Origin: Octopus bimaculoides
Taxonomy: Eukaryota
Reading direction: 5' to 3'
DNA length: 41,916 bases
Assembly (NCBI RefSeq): GCF_001194135.2
Contig: NC_068982.1
Location: 19,479,483-19,521,398 of the forward strand
Shown here: one piece after another, positions 1-12,731 of the stretch
How positions within the stretch are numbered: the first letter of the stretch is position 1
Layout: each line of letters begins with the position of its first letter
Notes under the pieces: model-generated
Told to the model about the DNA's origin: nothing
Database searches by the model: none
The model's input: the letters and a program-made list of their open reading frames with translations, nothing else
Made by a program: the position numbers and the translations under genes

Positions 1-40
<40 letters not shown>
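1..40. repeat. (TA)n microsatellite
   Basis: Direct reading. Confidence 0.97.
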
Positions 41-43
<3 letters not shown>

Positions 44-444
44 TTTCGGTGCGAATATATATAATTATCTAAAAGTCACAATACATGTATTAAAGCGCAA
101 CTAATAGTTTCATAGGTTGAGAGACTCAAACGTATTCTTCAGACAAAGTACACTTTTTGTTGAATTTTATAAAATTACACGCACATACTCTCACACATAT
201 ATTTATATATAAGTAATAGGTGAGTATACCTCTGCAATTTAATACTTGGACATACCGCTTGTGTTGTAGTTCTGGGTGTTTCGCGTTTTGAAATATAAAC
301 GCTGATACGGAAGGCTTGACCTAGATTGACCAATCGCAAGCCGGTTTCTAAACGGATTTCTACTAACCCCATTGATCACCCCTTTTCAGTTAGTCATCCA
401 CCTGTTACCTCACAGCCTCTTTATTGTCCTTAATGGTTCGTTTT

Positions 445-602
445 TTATGCATTGCCAGGGCTCCATTGGTCTAAACTCAGGATCGTCCTGCAAAATCTTG
501 GTTGCCAGCCTCCACTCACGAACATAGCATTCACCGCCAGTACTTGTGATAATCTTTCACCAACACGTGGTACACTTCCGCTCCTGTGCGTCTTCCAAAA
601 AT
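445..602 (-). other. Candidate terminal coding exon of an unidentified minus-strand gene
   Basis: Acceptor ttgtactttctAG; phase-1 frame FWKTHRSGSVPRVGERLSQVLAVNAMFVSGGWQPRFCRTILSLDQWSPGNA*; AATAAA at 425-420, about 20 nt after the stop. Confidence 0.25.
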
Positions 603-745
603 CTAGAAAGTACAATACCAGAGAATGGAGGTTTTTTTAATTCTGTTTTACATCTTATATAGATATTCTTCACAAATAACTTATTAAGTAACAAGGAAAA
701 TCAACCCTTAAAAGTGAAATGAATTCCTGTTACAAACGACCGGAG

Positions 746-748
<3 letters not shown>

Positions 749-825
<77 letters not shown>

Positions 826-843
826 TTCCCTCTCTCTCTCTCT
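749..843. repeat. (CT)n microsatellite running into a gap
   Basis: Direct reading. Confidence 0.97.
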
Positions 844-1645
844 NNNNNNNNNNNNNNNNNNNNNNNNNNNNNNNNNNNNNNNNNNNNNNNNNNNNNNNNN
901 NNNNNNNNNNNNNNNNNNNNNNNNNNNNNNNNNNNNNNNNNNNNNNNNNNNNNNNNNNNNNNNNNNNNNNNNNNNNNNNNNNNNNNNNNNNNNNNNNNNN
1001 NNNNNNNNNNNNNNNNNNNNNNNNNNNNNNNNNNNNNNNNNNNNNNNNNNNNNNNNNNNNNNNNNNNNNNNNNNNNNNNNNNNNNNNNNNNNNNNNNNNN
1101 NNNNNNNNNNNNNNNNNNNNNNNNNNNNNNNNNNNNNNNNNNNNNNNNNNNNNNNNNNNNNNNNNNNNNNNNNNNNNNNNNNNNNNNNNNNNNNNNNNNN
1201 NNNNNNNNNNNNNNNNNNNNNNNNNNNNNNNNNNNNNNNNNNNNNNNNNNNNNNNNNNNNNNNNNNNTATATACATATATATATATATATATGTGAGGTA
1301 TGTTTCATGTGTGCATGCATTTATGTATGTATAATGAGATATGATTTATATATACACACATATTTTGACCACCTCTTTTAAACTTTTTCTCATGAATACT
1401 CACGAAGTCGGATACCATTTTTAAGATAAATGTGTACGCAATGCTGATATTCTGTTAAAATTTAAACGTGATATCTTCCTGGTAATACGTAGAAGTAGAT
1501 TGTACTGTGTGATATATGATACAGAAATCTAATTTTCTTTTAGCTATTCAAGAAGTGACGTACGAACATATGTATATTATTTTTACTGTGTTTTGTCTCT
1601 GATTTTCCAACGTGGTTCAAAAATATATCTTAATATAAATTTGGT

Positions 1646-1860
1646 GTCCGCGAGTTGGCCGAATCGTTAGCACACCGAGCGTAATGATCAGCAGCATTTC
1701 GACTGGCTTTACATTCTTAGGTTAAATTCCTACCAAGGTAGACTTTACTTTTCATCCTTTCGGTGTCGATAATATATGTACCAGTTGAGTACTGGGATCA
1801 ATGCAACCGACCTACCCCTTCCCTGTAAATTGCTGGCTTTGAGCCAAAAATTGAAACCAG
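1646..1860 (+). mobile_element. SINE family A copy (tRNA-like head, conserved core CTTTCATCCTTTCGGGGTCGATAAATTAAGTACCAG), diverged, tail type B
   Basis: Aligns by eye with the copies at 24170 and 23638: gagttggccgaatcgttagcac..ttcatcctttcggtgtcgataa..ccaaaaattgaaac. Confidence 0.8.
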
Positions 1861-2645
1861 TTAAATTAAATACGCCACTTCGTCATGAAAAATGTTAAAT
1901 TGGGCTTATTGTCCAGAAAACAATTGAGCAAATGAGATAGATTTCACATGATTGCCTGGATTATTCTATTAGAAGCGTACTTAAATGTGCTTCAAACAAT
2001 ACGTTAATTCCATAAATGATGAAAAATGTATTGAATAATGTAGGGATTGCTATAAAGCACAAACGGAACGTGATAGACACGGCTCCTTAACCGGTGATCA
2101 GACGTTTTCTCGATGAAGACTAAAAAGGGCGGTAGGTTAAGTTAGTAACAAAAACAACGACAGCAGACCAACATTTATCAGTTACTTCTAACATATTTTT
2201 AATCGTGTATATATAAGAAGGCAAATGTTTTACGAAGTATAAAAGAACTTCAAATACATTTATCCGAGATTAACATAGTGTAGGACACGTCAGTCAGCAG
2301 TGATATCTCCGTTAGTGCAGTTTTAAAGTATGTCTTTTATAAGGCAGTTAAAAGTATTCTAGCTGGGTCGGTATACGAATCGTCTTGGGAGAATATCAAC
2401 AGATCGGAAACACGATATTCACTATATAACATAGTTTGTATACATGTCAAATTTTCTCCTTAATAGAGGCAATCGTTTTCAGAATAAACTCAAGTAGTAA
2501 ACATTATTTATAATATGTACGTGTTAAACGACGTACAAGTATAAACAGATTACTAATGGCTGTTGAAAAATCAGGTGTAAACATACATACACTAATGTAT
2601 ATATAAATATATGTGTGTGTCTGCGTTGTGTGTATGCATTGCTGA

Positions 2646-2666
2646 GTGTATGTATGCATGTGTGTG

Positions 2667-2734
<68 letters not shown>

Positions 2735-2845
2735 GTTTTACCCATATTATATATCTATATATCTATATATATGTAATGTTTTACATGTATGCATATACAT
2801 ATATACATATGAATGTATATATCTGTGTATGTATATGTATTTGTA
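2646..2845. repeat. (TA)n core (2671-2732) within TATG/TGTA low-complexity sequence
   Basis: Direct reading. Confidence 0.95.
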
Positions 2846-3300
2846 AGCGTATACGCACACATATGTGTTTGAAATGTAAGAATGAAGCAGTTGAATAAAG
2901 ACCATTTATGCCACAGAAAGATAGATTCAAATGCACAAAGGCTGGATATGTTATGATTCCGATATTTAAGCAATAGCGTTACTGTTAAAAGTTGTTAAGT
3001 ACCACCAAGAGTTAACAGTGTGTTTACATGCGTTTTTACTATGCATTAGAAATATATTTATACTACCGACCGGTAACAGTTACGTAACAGTTATAAACAA
3101 ACAAGAAACATCTGGGGGTTATATTTAGAGTTCATCAACAATCGCAGTCATTCATTTATATAATTACATACAAGCACACACATGTATAAGCACTCACACA
3201 CGTATAAACACACTTCTATATATATATATATATATANNNNNNNNNNNNNNNNNNNNNNNNNNNNNNNNNNNNNNNNNNNNNNNNNNNNNNNNNNNNNNNN

Positions 3301-3313
3301 GTGTGTGTGTGTG

Positions 3314-3346
<33 letters not shown>
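3301..3346. repeat. (GT)n microsatellite
   Basis: Direct reading. Confidence 0.97.
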
Positions 3347-3944
3347 CTAAATTTCTAAGTATATCCGTGTATATATCTGTATGTATATTTGTGTGTATAA
3401 TCGTATGCATGTGTATATGTGTGTGTGTTTGTGTATATTATCTTGTACACATATTTCCATTTATGAATGGCATTTATATTGAAAACGAGGTTCTCTAAAA
3501 CATGTAAGGTCAGATTTACAGAACGGGCGTTTGGAGGTGTGAAGAAAATATGTTGTTCAAAGACTTGGTGATCACATTTATATGAATTAGAATGATACGG
3601 AAGACAGAGAGCTGAGAGTGAGGACTGGTGGGTGGGCAAGAGAGTGAAAAGATGAAAGAGATAGGGATCTCAAGGTTTGTTTGATATTCAGGTGTTCAGT
3701 TTAGTAAATATATATAATTACGTAGTATACAAAAATAAGAGGAATGACCAGCAAAAGTGGACTCCTATATGCTAGAAATAGATACCGAATCATCCAACCA
3801 CGAAAAATATGCTCTCAGTAAAAATTTAGCGACACAACAGACTGTAAAAGGGGAGTATATATATAGCTTTCATTTAAATAATCTCCTTCATATTTCATTA
3901 GTTTCCAATAATAAAGATAAATACTTCTGATAATGGTAGACACC

Positions 3945-4065
3945 TGAGATTTTTTGTGGAGGAAGGGTTAATTCATAAAATCATCATCGATAGTTGACTG
4001 GTACTATATGTTATCAACCACAAATGGATGAAATACAAAACTGATAGTAGTGGGACTTGAATTTT
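3945..4065 (-). mobile_element. Highly diverged SINE A fragment
   Basis: Reverse-complement remnants of the core (ctggtactatatgttatcaaccacaaatggatgaaa). Confidence 0.5.
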
Positions 4066-4329
4066 CCGATGCTGTAACTATTATGCAATCTACTGATCTC
4101 AAGTGAGCAATGTTTCCTTATCTAACCCTAGGCCTAAAATGTAAAGAATGAATAAGTCAAGCAAATTGAGCCCAGTAATAGATCAGTTCTTTATTACATC
4201 AACAGGAACGGATGAAAGGAATTTTGCTCTCAAATTCATTTGAACGTCGTCTGATTAGGATGTTGCGCTAAATAGCCTACACTGTAATTTATACTAATTT
4301 ACTGTCCGCAATAATTTCTCTTCAAGGAA

Positions 4330-4462
4330 AAAGACAGAAATTTTGAAGGGAGAAGTTAGTCGATTAAATAGTCATAGTACCTGGCTGGTACTATAATCTA
4401 TAAACTCGGAGGTAGGAAGGGAGAAACCCACCTCGGTAGGATTTGAACTCAGAACATAAAGC
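4330..4462 (-). mobile_element. 5'-truncated SINE A copy
   Basis: cacctcggtaggatttgaactcagaacataaag is the reverse of the B-box region; tail type B at 4330-4365. Confidence 0.7.
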
Positions 4463-4483
4463 GGCTGAAAAATATTCTTTTCT

Positions 4484-4874
4484 ACTNNNNNNNNNNNNNN
4501 NNNNNNNNNNNNNNNNNNNNNNNNNNNNNNNNNNNNNNNNNNNNNNNNNNNNNNNNNNNNNNNNNNNNNGGAATTTGAACTCAGAACGTAAAGACAGACG
4601 AAATATCGCTAAGTATTTCACCCGGCGTGCTTAACGTTACTTATTTCTTTATTGACCACAAGGGGCTACACACAGAGGGGACAAACAAGGAGAGACAAAG
4701 GAGTTAAGTTGATTACATCGACCTTAGTGCATAACTGGTACTTAATTTATCGACCCCGAAGGGATGAAAGGCAAAGTCGACCTCAGCGGAATTAGAACAC
4801 AACGTAATGACAAACGAAATATCGCTAAGCATTTTGCCCGTCATGCTAACGATTCTGCCAGCTCGCCGCCTTCT
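4484..4874 (-). mobile_element. Dimeric SINE A (tail-A monomer plus second monomer, part in gap) flanked by a 21-bp direct repeat
   Basis: Full monomer 4870->4640, second monomer starts at 4638. GGCTGAAAAATATTCTTTTCT at 4463-4483 and 4875-4895. Confidence 0.85.
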
Positions 4875-5080
4875 GGCTGAAAAATATTCTTTTCTTCTCT
4901 AGGCGCAGGGCTCGCTCGAAATTTATGAGGAGGGGACTAGTCAATAAGATCGACCCCCAGTACGCAACTAGTACTTAGTTTATCGATCCCGAACTATGAA
5001 ATGCAAAGTCGACCTGGGTGTAATTTGAACTCAGAACGTAAAGTCACACGAAATACCGCTAACCAATTTCGCCCGGCGGA
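4875..5080 (-). mobile_element. SINE A copy, tail type B
   Basis: Core and B-box region present in reverse (gcaaagtcgacctgggtgtaatttgaactcagaacgtaaag). Confidence 0.85.
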
Positions 5081-5249
5081 AAAGTATTAAAACGCAAATG
5101 TTCTTGGCTATGCAACACTAAATCTCCTCCATACATCCACCTCCTCTTCTTCCTCTACATATCCTTCTCCACACATCCTCCTACTCTTCCTACTCATCCT
5201 CACCATGGCAGTTGCTGTTGTTGTTGGCATGAGGCCAGACATTTTCAGT

Positions 5250-5385
5250 GGAGAGGATATTAGTATGATCCAGGTACTAGACGGGTATATTATTTTTCCA
5301 CACGGAACGTACAGTTTCACAACTAACTAAATACGACTTACTCTTTAGTCAGAATGTCTAATGATTCTGCTAGTTCACCGCCCCC
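5250..5385 (-). mobile_element. Highly diverged SINE A copy
   Basis: Head remnant aatgattctgctagttcaccgcc directly beside the (TAC)n tract. Confidence 0.5.
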
Positions 5386-5386
5386 A

Positions 5387-5431
<45 letters not shown>

Positions 5432-5458
5432 AACTGCTGCTGCTGCTGCTGCTGCTGT
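5387..5458. repeat. Compound (TAC)n(TGC)n microsatellite
   Basis: Direct reading; the same two units recur at 13509-13552. Confidence 0.97.
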
Positions 5459-5554
5459 TAGTTTAATAAACGAAACGATGTGTAATTTGCTTTTCACAAA
5501 TGCAGATATCCGTAAGAGATGGACTTAGAAATATATACTGGCACAGTACATGAT

Positions 5555-5589
<35 letters not shown>

Positions 5590-7228
5590 CATATGTGAAT
5601 ATGTATTGCACACACACACATATGTGTGCATGTACGCACGTATGTATGTATGGATGCGTGTATGTGTGTGGGCATTTATATGTATGTATGTACGTATGTA
5701 TGGAATGACATCGGCTGTATTAGCATTAAAATTGTTGTAAAGCATTACGCCTAGAAATTTACTTTGTTCATGAAATAAGAAATTAGAGTCGACGCAAGCG
5801 CCTCTGTATGGTTGCCCAACTTGCTATCAAAGGCAGCCGAATACTCATAAGTCACACTGTATCATGAAAGCTATCATTAGATAACGTTGGGTTTTATAAT
5901 ACCAAAATATCGGGATCGCGGGTCTGATATATGGTAATTGTTACTTGGGTTCGTCTGATTGATATCCTTAAAATATATAATCTATGACGCATAGAGAAAA
6001 AAACTATTTGGTTTTATTTTCTTGAAAATTGTATAGTTTAGGTTACTATACTGAAGTGTGTGCAGAAGAGAAGTAAAGTTTTTCTCCAAACATAAGTTTT
6101 AGAGATACACAGTTTCCTTATACTGTAAAGAAAATTGTTTGAATTTATGATATGTAGACAGTTGTCCTCCAAACATTTAAATTATTTCTAGTTTTACAAA
6201 CAGGAGGAACATTTATGTATATTTACTATGGTCCGGAAAACATTAATATCAGAGTTTATTTTCTTATCGTGTGTTTAGAGACAGGATATAAGTTATTGAT
6301 TTGGAATATTTATATTTGGTTTGTATATATGTAATCATAATTTCTCTATCGTCTATGCGGTTGTGTGCTCATAAGAGAAGCATGTAAACAAAATAAATTA
6401 ATAAAAAACTTAACAACAAATATTGAATGTGAGCTTATGTCATGATGTCGCTGTCGGCAATATTTTAATAACATTTTTAAATATGAATATTAGCCTCGAT
6501 TAAAACGTGTGTATCATATCAATGTTATATTAAAATATAAATGATATACATATTTTTTTTTTTCATATATTTTCTAACTTTATTTTAGCTAGACCACAAA
6601 CTACTGAGCTATTGAACCCCTCTACACTTACACACAAACACACTCTCTCGCTCTCCAATACACGCGCGCGCGCACAAACACTCACTCACGCACACACACA
6701 TTGTAATTTTGTATTCAAAATATATTGACAAGTTTATAGAAAAGTGAAAACGAATAATTTACGAGTTACATAAATAGATGCAACCACCCATCCCTACACA
6801 CATACATGCATACATACAAACATACATATAAGTATATGTATATATATANNNNNNNNNNNNNNNNNNNNNNNNNNNNNNNNNNNNNNNNNNNNNNNNNNNN
6901 NNNNNNNNNNNNNNNNNNNNNNNNNNNNNNNNNNNNNNNNNNNNNNNNNNNNNNNNNNNNNNNNNNNNNNNNNNNNNNNNNNNNNNNNNNNNNNNNNNNN
7001 NNNNNNNNNNNNNNNNNNNNNNNNNNNNNNNNNNNNNNNNNNNNNNNNNNNNNNNNNNNNNNNNNNNNNNNNNNNNNNNNNNNNNNNNNNNNNNNNNNNN
7101 NNNNNNNNNNNNNNNNNNNNNNNNNNNNNNNNNNNNNNNNNNNNNNNNNNNNNNNNNNNNNNNNNNNNNNNNNNNNNNNNNNNNNNNNNNNNNNNNNNNN
7201 NNNNNNNNNNNNNNNNNNNNNNNNNNNN

Positions 7229-7270
<42 letters not shown>

Positions 7271-8344
7271 ATCTAAATTACAGTAGTGACTACCATATTT
7301 AAAAGATTGAAGCATCCAAGTTAATTGTAAATTATATTCATAATAACAAAAAAATACATTTATTGTGTTAATGGACGGTTGTGGTAAAGGAAACCGCGGT
7401 GGAGAAGGAGAAATACAAGTTAGGTAAATATGAAATGCAGAAGAATACTAGTCCGATCAATTGTAGTATGGCAAGGATTCAGAACATACTTCAATTTTAT
7501 TAGACCTCAACAGCGAACCATAAATTAACTATTGCTAGCGGCTGAGTATTTCATATATGAAAGGAAATTAGCGATATCATTTCATTTGCTGTTAGGAGAT
7601 CTATGTAGCAGAACTCAATCTGAGGACTTGTAAGCTCACAAGAGGCTACAAATGCCAAAGCAATATTATGATGGGTGTTGTTTGTTTAGAGAAGTCAGGA
7701 TTGATTTTCCGAAATGAAATATTTAAACCAGACCGTGTACTTATATTTTAAACATATTTTGAAAATCTTTATTCGGGATTAAAGTATGAAGAGAACATTA
7801 TTTTATCAGCGAAAAGAAAGTAAACTAAGAATGGGACAAGATCCAATGTAATTCATCATGCAAGGCCACGACGTCTTTTGTAATTTCCGTGAGACTCAAT
7901 ATAGGGCATTATTTCATATAAGTATCTCAATATGAGCAAATGCACACGGGTTGGTATAAACTTTAGGGGCATGTCTGTGGTGGGCTTCCGTCGTTTATTC
8001 GATGAACGAAATTTTCTGCTCCTGTATTATTATATACCTGCCTGAGCATTCCACATCACGTTTGACCGTCACGCCGTCTCAAGCAGAATCAGCTATTCAT
8101 TTTGTGATGAGGTGGTCATTTTAAATTGCCATTGCTATCCATCCGGTGAGTTTCTACAGTGTATCCCACTAACTAATTTCACTTAGAAAGCTATGGGTCG
8201 ACTCGAACCTACATACATGACACGTAGCGCGATCGAACTTGCGGTTCTGTGGTTGTCATACAAAGTGCTTAGATATTCGTTCGTACAGTGCCTATGTGTG
8301 TGTGAACATGTTTGCCGTTGAGTGTGTACATGCATGTGTGCCGT

Positions 8345-8350
8345 GCGTAT

Positions 8351-8397
<47 letters not shown>

Positions 8398-8400
8398 CGT
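8345..8400. repeat. (GT)n(GC)n alternating purine-pyrimidine tract
   Basis: Direct reading. Confidence 0.95.
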
Positions 8401-8893
8401 GTAGGTATATGTTTTCGTATACCTTGGTGTTCTATCGCAAGAAATTTCGCACATCGGTCTACATACGAAATGCAATTAATTCACTGTTTATTCATTCGAA
8501 GCTGCTGAAAAAAAATAGATTTAACTTCGTAAACTCCGCTATGACTTTTAATAATATGACGAAAGCTTACTGTCATTTAGTATTACATTGCCTAAGGAAT
8601 CAATGAGTGGGTGTAAGCAACTAATAAGCTTCTTACAGGAAAATTTTACACCAATTCGGCGCTAAAGTATTTGATATAGAGGGAACATTTCCACAATTCA
8701 AGTCGAATAAATCAATTAAAGTGTATTAAATATTGTGTACAGCGGTGAGTGATTCTTTAGCAGATTTTCACAACTCCAGACTGGTTGCTGTCTCTTTGGA
8801 ACGAACCAGATCTCGGAATGATTAAAGCATACGTATGGATATCGTGTATCGACATCAAGGAGCGTGGTATAGCGTAAAAAAAATGCTGAGCAT

Positions 8894-9295
8894 AAACGTT
8901 AGCACGTCGGACGAAATGCTTAGCGGTATTTCGTCTGCCGCTACGTTCTGAGTACAAATTCGTCGAGGTCGACTTTGCCTTTCATCCTTCCGGGGTCGAT
9001 AAATTAAGTACAAGTTACGCACTGGGGTCGATATAATCGACTTAATCCGTATGTCTGTCCTTGTTTGTCCCCTCTGTGTGTAGCCCCTTGGGGGCAGTAA
9101 AGAAATAGGTATTTCGTCTGCCGCTACGTTCTGAGTACAAATTCGTCGAGGTCGACTTTGCCTTCCATCCTTGCGGGGTCGATGAATTAAGTACCGGTTA
9201 CGCACAGGGGTCGATGTAATCAACTTAATTCGTTTGTCTGTCCTTGCTTGTCCCCTCTGTGTGTAACCCCTTGTGGGCAGTAAATAAATAAGAAA
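8894..9295 (+). mobile_element. SINE A (tail A) with an internal 183-bp tandem duplication
   Basis: Units 8925-9107 and 9108-9290 share the variant GAGTACAAATTCGTCG, not seen in other copies here. Confidence 0.9.
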
Positions 9296-9870
9296 TTCAT
9301 GAGACGATATCTAAAAAAAAAAATGCATCTAATAAATTACGTATAAATACTTTCACATCGCCCCTCGGCTATCAACATTCAGTTTACTATATATATTTTA
9401 AGTGCAATAGGCGTACCTGGGTAAGTTTTTCCACATATTGCATAACATTAGTGACTCTCAATCTTTTGTGGCTCAGTGTATAGATTCTTTCCCATGTTTT
9501 GTAATCAACAATTAAGTATCACCAGATGGAAACTATCAAACAAAGCTTTTCAGCGGTGGTTCAGTATTGATATACGTTCCTTTTATCCTGTACAGCATGA
9601 AGCCAATTTTACATACTTGCGCGAACTGAAGACCGATAAGTTTACAGCCTTACAGTAGCATTTAGTCATACGCTTGATGCAACGTAGGAATGCGAGGTGT
9701 GGACGTAATGCTATCAATATATCTGGTGAGGTATGAGAGCTTATATATACCTTCACTATATGTATGTTATTATACATGATAATTTAATATATTCCTGTGG
9801 GAGTGTACGTTCTCTTATATAAGATCCAATGTGTGTTTGTACATATGTATAACGTACGCATATCTGTCTT

Positions 9871-9910
9871 ACTATCTATCTCTCTATCTCTCTATCTATC
9901 TCTCTATCTC

Positions 9911-9951
<41 letters not shown>

Positions 9952-10026
9952 TTATCTATCTATCTATCTGTCTATCTGTCTATCTGTCTGTCAGTTTATG
10001 TAACTATCTATCTGTATGTATGTGTG

Positions 10027-10089
<63 letters not shown>
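9871..10089. repeat. Interrupted (TATC)n/(TGTC)n tetranucleotide array
   Basis: Direct reading. Confidence 0.97.
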
Positions 10090-10093
<4 letters not shown>

Positions 10094-11578
10094 CTCCTTA
10101 CATATGAGTGTGTGTTTGTTTGTGTGAGTGTTTTTTGTGTGTGTGCGCGTGTGCGTGCGTGTGTGTGCGTAAGATTAAAAGTTATACCCTCTCATCACAA
10201 TACTTTTTTTTTATAGAATTGTATGATATATGAAATGAGAAAAGATTCTAACAATGCAGAGATGAAAGCTGAAGTACAACTATATATTTCCGGCGCAAAT
10301 ATCTATCTTCAGACGAGTAGAGTCAAAGTTTGAAGAAGGGTTTTTGCACGAAAAATGTATGAATGTCTTTCAACTTCCGTCCCAGGGTTGTTAGAGTCTT
10401 CTTTCATTTCATTTATTATTCCACATCTGTACTACAAAGATTCAAGCGCTAACTGAAATACTCTCAACNNNNNNNNNNNNNNNNNNNNNNNNNNNNNNNN
10501 NNNNNNNNNNNNNNNNNNNNNNNNNNNNNNNNNNNNNNNNNNNNNNNNNNNNNNNNNNNAACAGTTTCAAGAAATTTGCCTTGTATCAGCTTGCTGAAAT
10601 AGTATGTATGCAACACAATAGCAGAATACAAATATCAGTAATATATCTAATGCCCTACAACTTTAAAATTGTGAATATAACATCGAGTATTAAATTATTT
10701 TTATGCATGATTTTTCACACTTTATACCCAAAGGAAATTCAACAAACCCCACTGAGAAAGATTCAGTTTTGTAGCCATATTTTCCTTCCGTCTCATAATT
10801 TTTTTTTTTTTAGAACGATTGAGAGACGCAGAATTACATGGAAATTTAATTTCATTTAGCCTTCATATGTTTCTCTATAAGAAAAAAAAAACTATCTTTT
10901 GTAAGATTTCTATTCCCATTGTAGTAATATAATTCACCAATATAACATACACAATTAATTCTACATAGAAAGCTTTGATATAAATATCCATGAAGTTATT
11001 ATATTAACTGTGCAAAGCCACTCCTATCGGAAATTACTTTGTGTATTTTACAAGTTATTCGTCTTCGTTTTTATATGTAAACAAGATATAAAAGGAATAG
11101 ATGTCGTTAATACTTAGTGTTGGGTGCAATGTGACAGTAACATAAAAAGAACGATTTTTCAATGTCGTCGTTGCCAATGTTGGTGATGGTTAAACAAATG
11201 TCATGCGCACACAGCCCTCATTCTTAATGTTCTCACTGGGAAACAAAATTCCGAACAAAACTGTGTAGATGACATCGGGTTTGTACTTTGTAGCAAATAG
11301 AGTTACTTTCACAGCACTTGAAACGTCCATCTGGCTTTTGGAGCCATTACTAAGATAAAAGCTGTTTGTGATCTTTTAAAATTACAGACTATACACAACA
11401 TAGACGATGGCTTTTGAAGTATACATAAATTCATCTCTGTGTGTGTGTGGCATGTGATTTATCTATCTATCACTTTTCCTCTCTCTAACTTTACATACAA
11501 GCACGCACACAAACACACACACTTGAACATAACTCCCACACACATGCACACTTATATACATATACATATATAGACATA

Positions 11579-11617
<39 letters not shown>

Positions 11618-12336
11618 NNNNNNNNNNNNNNNNNNNNNNNNNNNNNNNNNNNNNNNNNNNNNNNNNNNNNNNNNNNNNNNNNNNNNNNNNNNNNNNNNNN
11701 NNNNNNNNNNNNNNNNNNNNNNNNNNNNNNNNNNNNNNNNNNNNNNNNNNNNNNNNNNNNNNNNNNNNNNNNNNNNNNNNNNNNNNNNNNNNNNNNNNNN
11801 NNNNNNNNNNNNNNNNNNNNNNNNNNNNNNNNNNNNNNNNNNNNNNNNNNNNNNNNNNNNNNNNNNNNNNNNNNNNNNNNNNNNNNNNNNNNNNNNNNNN
11901 NNNNNNNNNNNNNNNNNNNNNNNNNNNNNNNNNNNNNNNNNNNNNNNNNNNNNNNNNNNNNNNNNNNNNNNNNNNNNNNNNNNNNNNNNNNNNNNNNNNN
12001 NNNNNNNNNNNNNNNNNNNNNNNNNNNNNNNNNNNNNNNNNNNNNNNNNNNNNNNNNNNNNNNNNNNNNNNNNNNNNNNNNNNNNNNNNNNNNNNNNNNN
12101 NNNNNNNNNNNNNNNNNNNNNNNNNNNNNNNNNNNNNNNNNNNNNNNNNNNNNNNNNNNNNNNNNNNNNNNNNNNNNNNNNNNNNNNNNNNNNNNNNNNN
12201 NNNNNNNNNNNNNNNNNNNNNNNNNNNNNNNNNNNNNNNNNNNNNNNNNNNNNNNNNNNNNNNNNNNNNNNNNNNNNNNNNNNNNNNNNNNNNNNNNNNN
12301 NNNNNNNNNNNNNNNNNNNNNNNNNNNNNNNNNNNN

Positions 12337-12731
12337 TAAGTCCTGGTGTTTTTGTTATGTATTTGTCTGAATATTTTTTTTATTATACCTAAGGCACCTA
12401 CTATGATAGGAATTGTTTCTGTTTTTAGATTCCACATTCGAGTTATCTCTATTTCCAGGTCTTTGTATTTTGAAAGTTTTTCCATTTCTTTTAGAGAAAC
12501 GTTGTCATCTGCTGGTATTGATACATCAATTAGAAAGCATTTTATTTCTTCGTGATCTTTGACAACTATATCTGGTCTATTTGCCTTAATTTCTCTATCT
12601 GTGTGTATTGGCATATCCCAGAGTATGGTTGCTTTCTCGTTTTCTGTGACCTTTTCTGGCGTGTGTTTATACCATCTTTTTTCTGTTGTTATTCCATAGT
12701 ATTGGCGTAGCTTCCAGTGTATATAGGTCCC
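12337..12731 (-). mobile_element. 5'-truncated R4/Dong-like non-LTR retrotransposon, restriction-like endonuclease domain; 3' end lost in gap
   Basis: Open frame GTYIHWKLRQYYG..WYKHTPEKVTENEKATILWDMPIHTDREIKANRPDIVVKD..CFLIDVSIP..KLSKYKDLEIEI..PIIVGALGII, the REL RPD..D..P..K..KY pattern. 5' junction abuts an imperfect (AAT)n at 12732-12747. Confidence 0.9.

Noticed and set aside
361-389. Plus-strand TACTAAC plus CAG acceptor
   Set aside because: Downstream frames close early or are unrecognisable; it shows such motifs arise by chance here.
239-843. Minus-strand frame of about 200 codons interrupted only by TGA (selenoprotein, alternative code, or editing read-through idea)
   Set aside because: No recognisable protein, part of it is (GA)n, no SECIS evident, and one such stretch among all frames of 36 kb is compatible with chance.
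8894-9295. Repeated units resembling a CRISPR array
   Set aside because: Units are 183-bp SINE bodies with no unique spacers; eukaryotic context and no cas genes.
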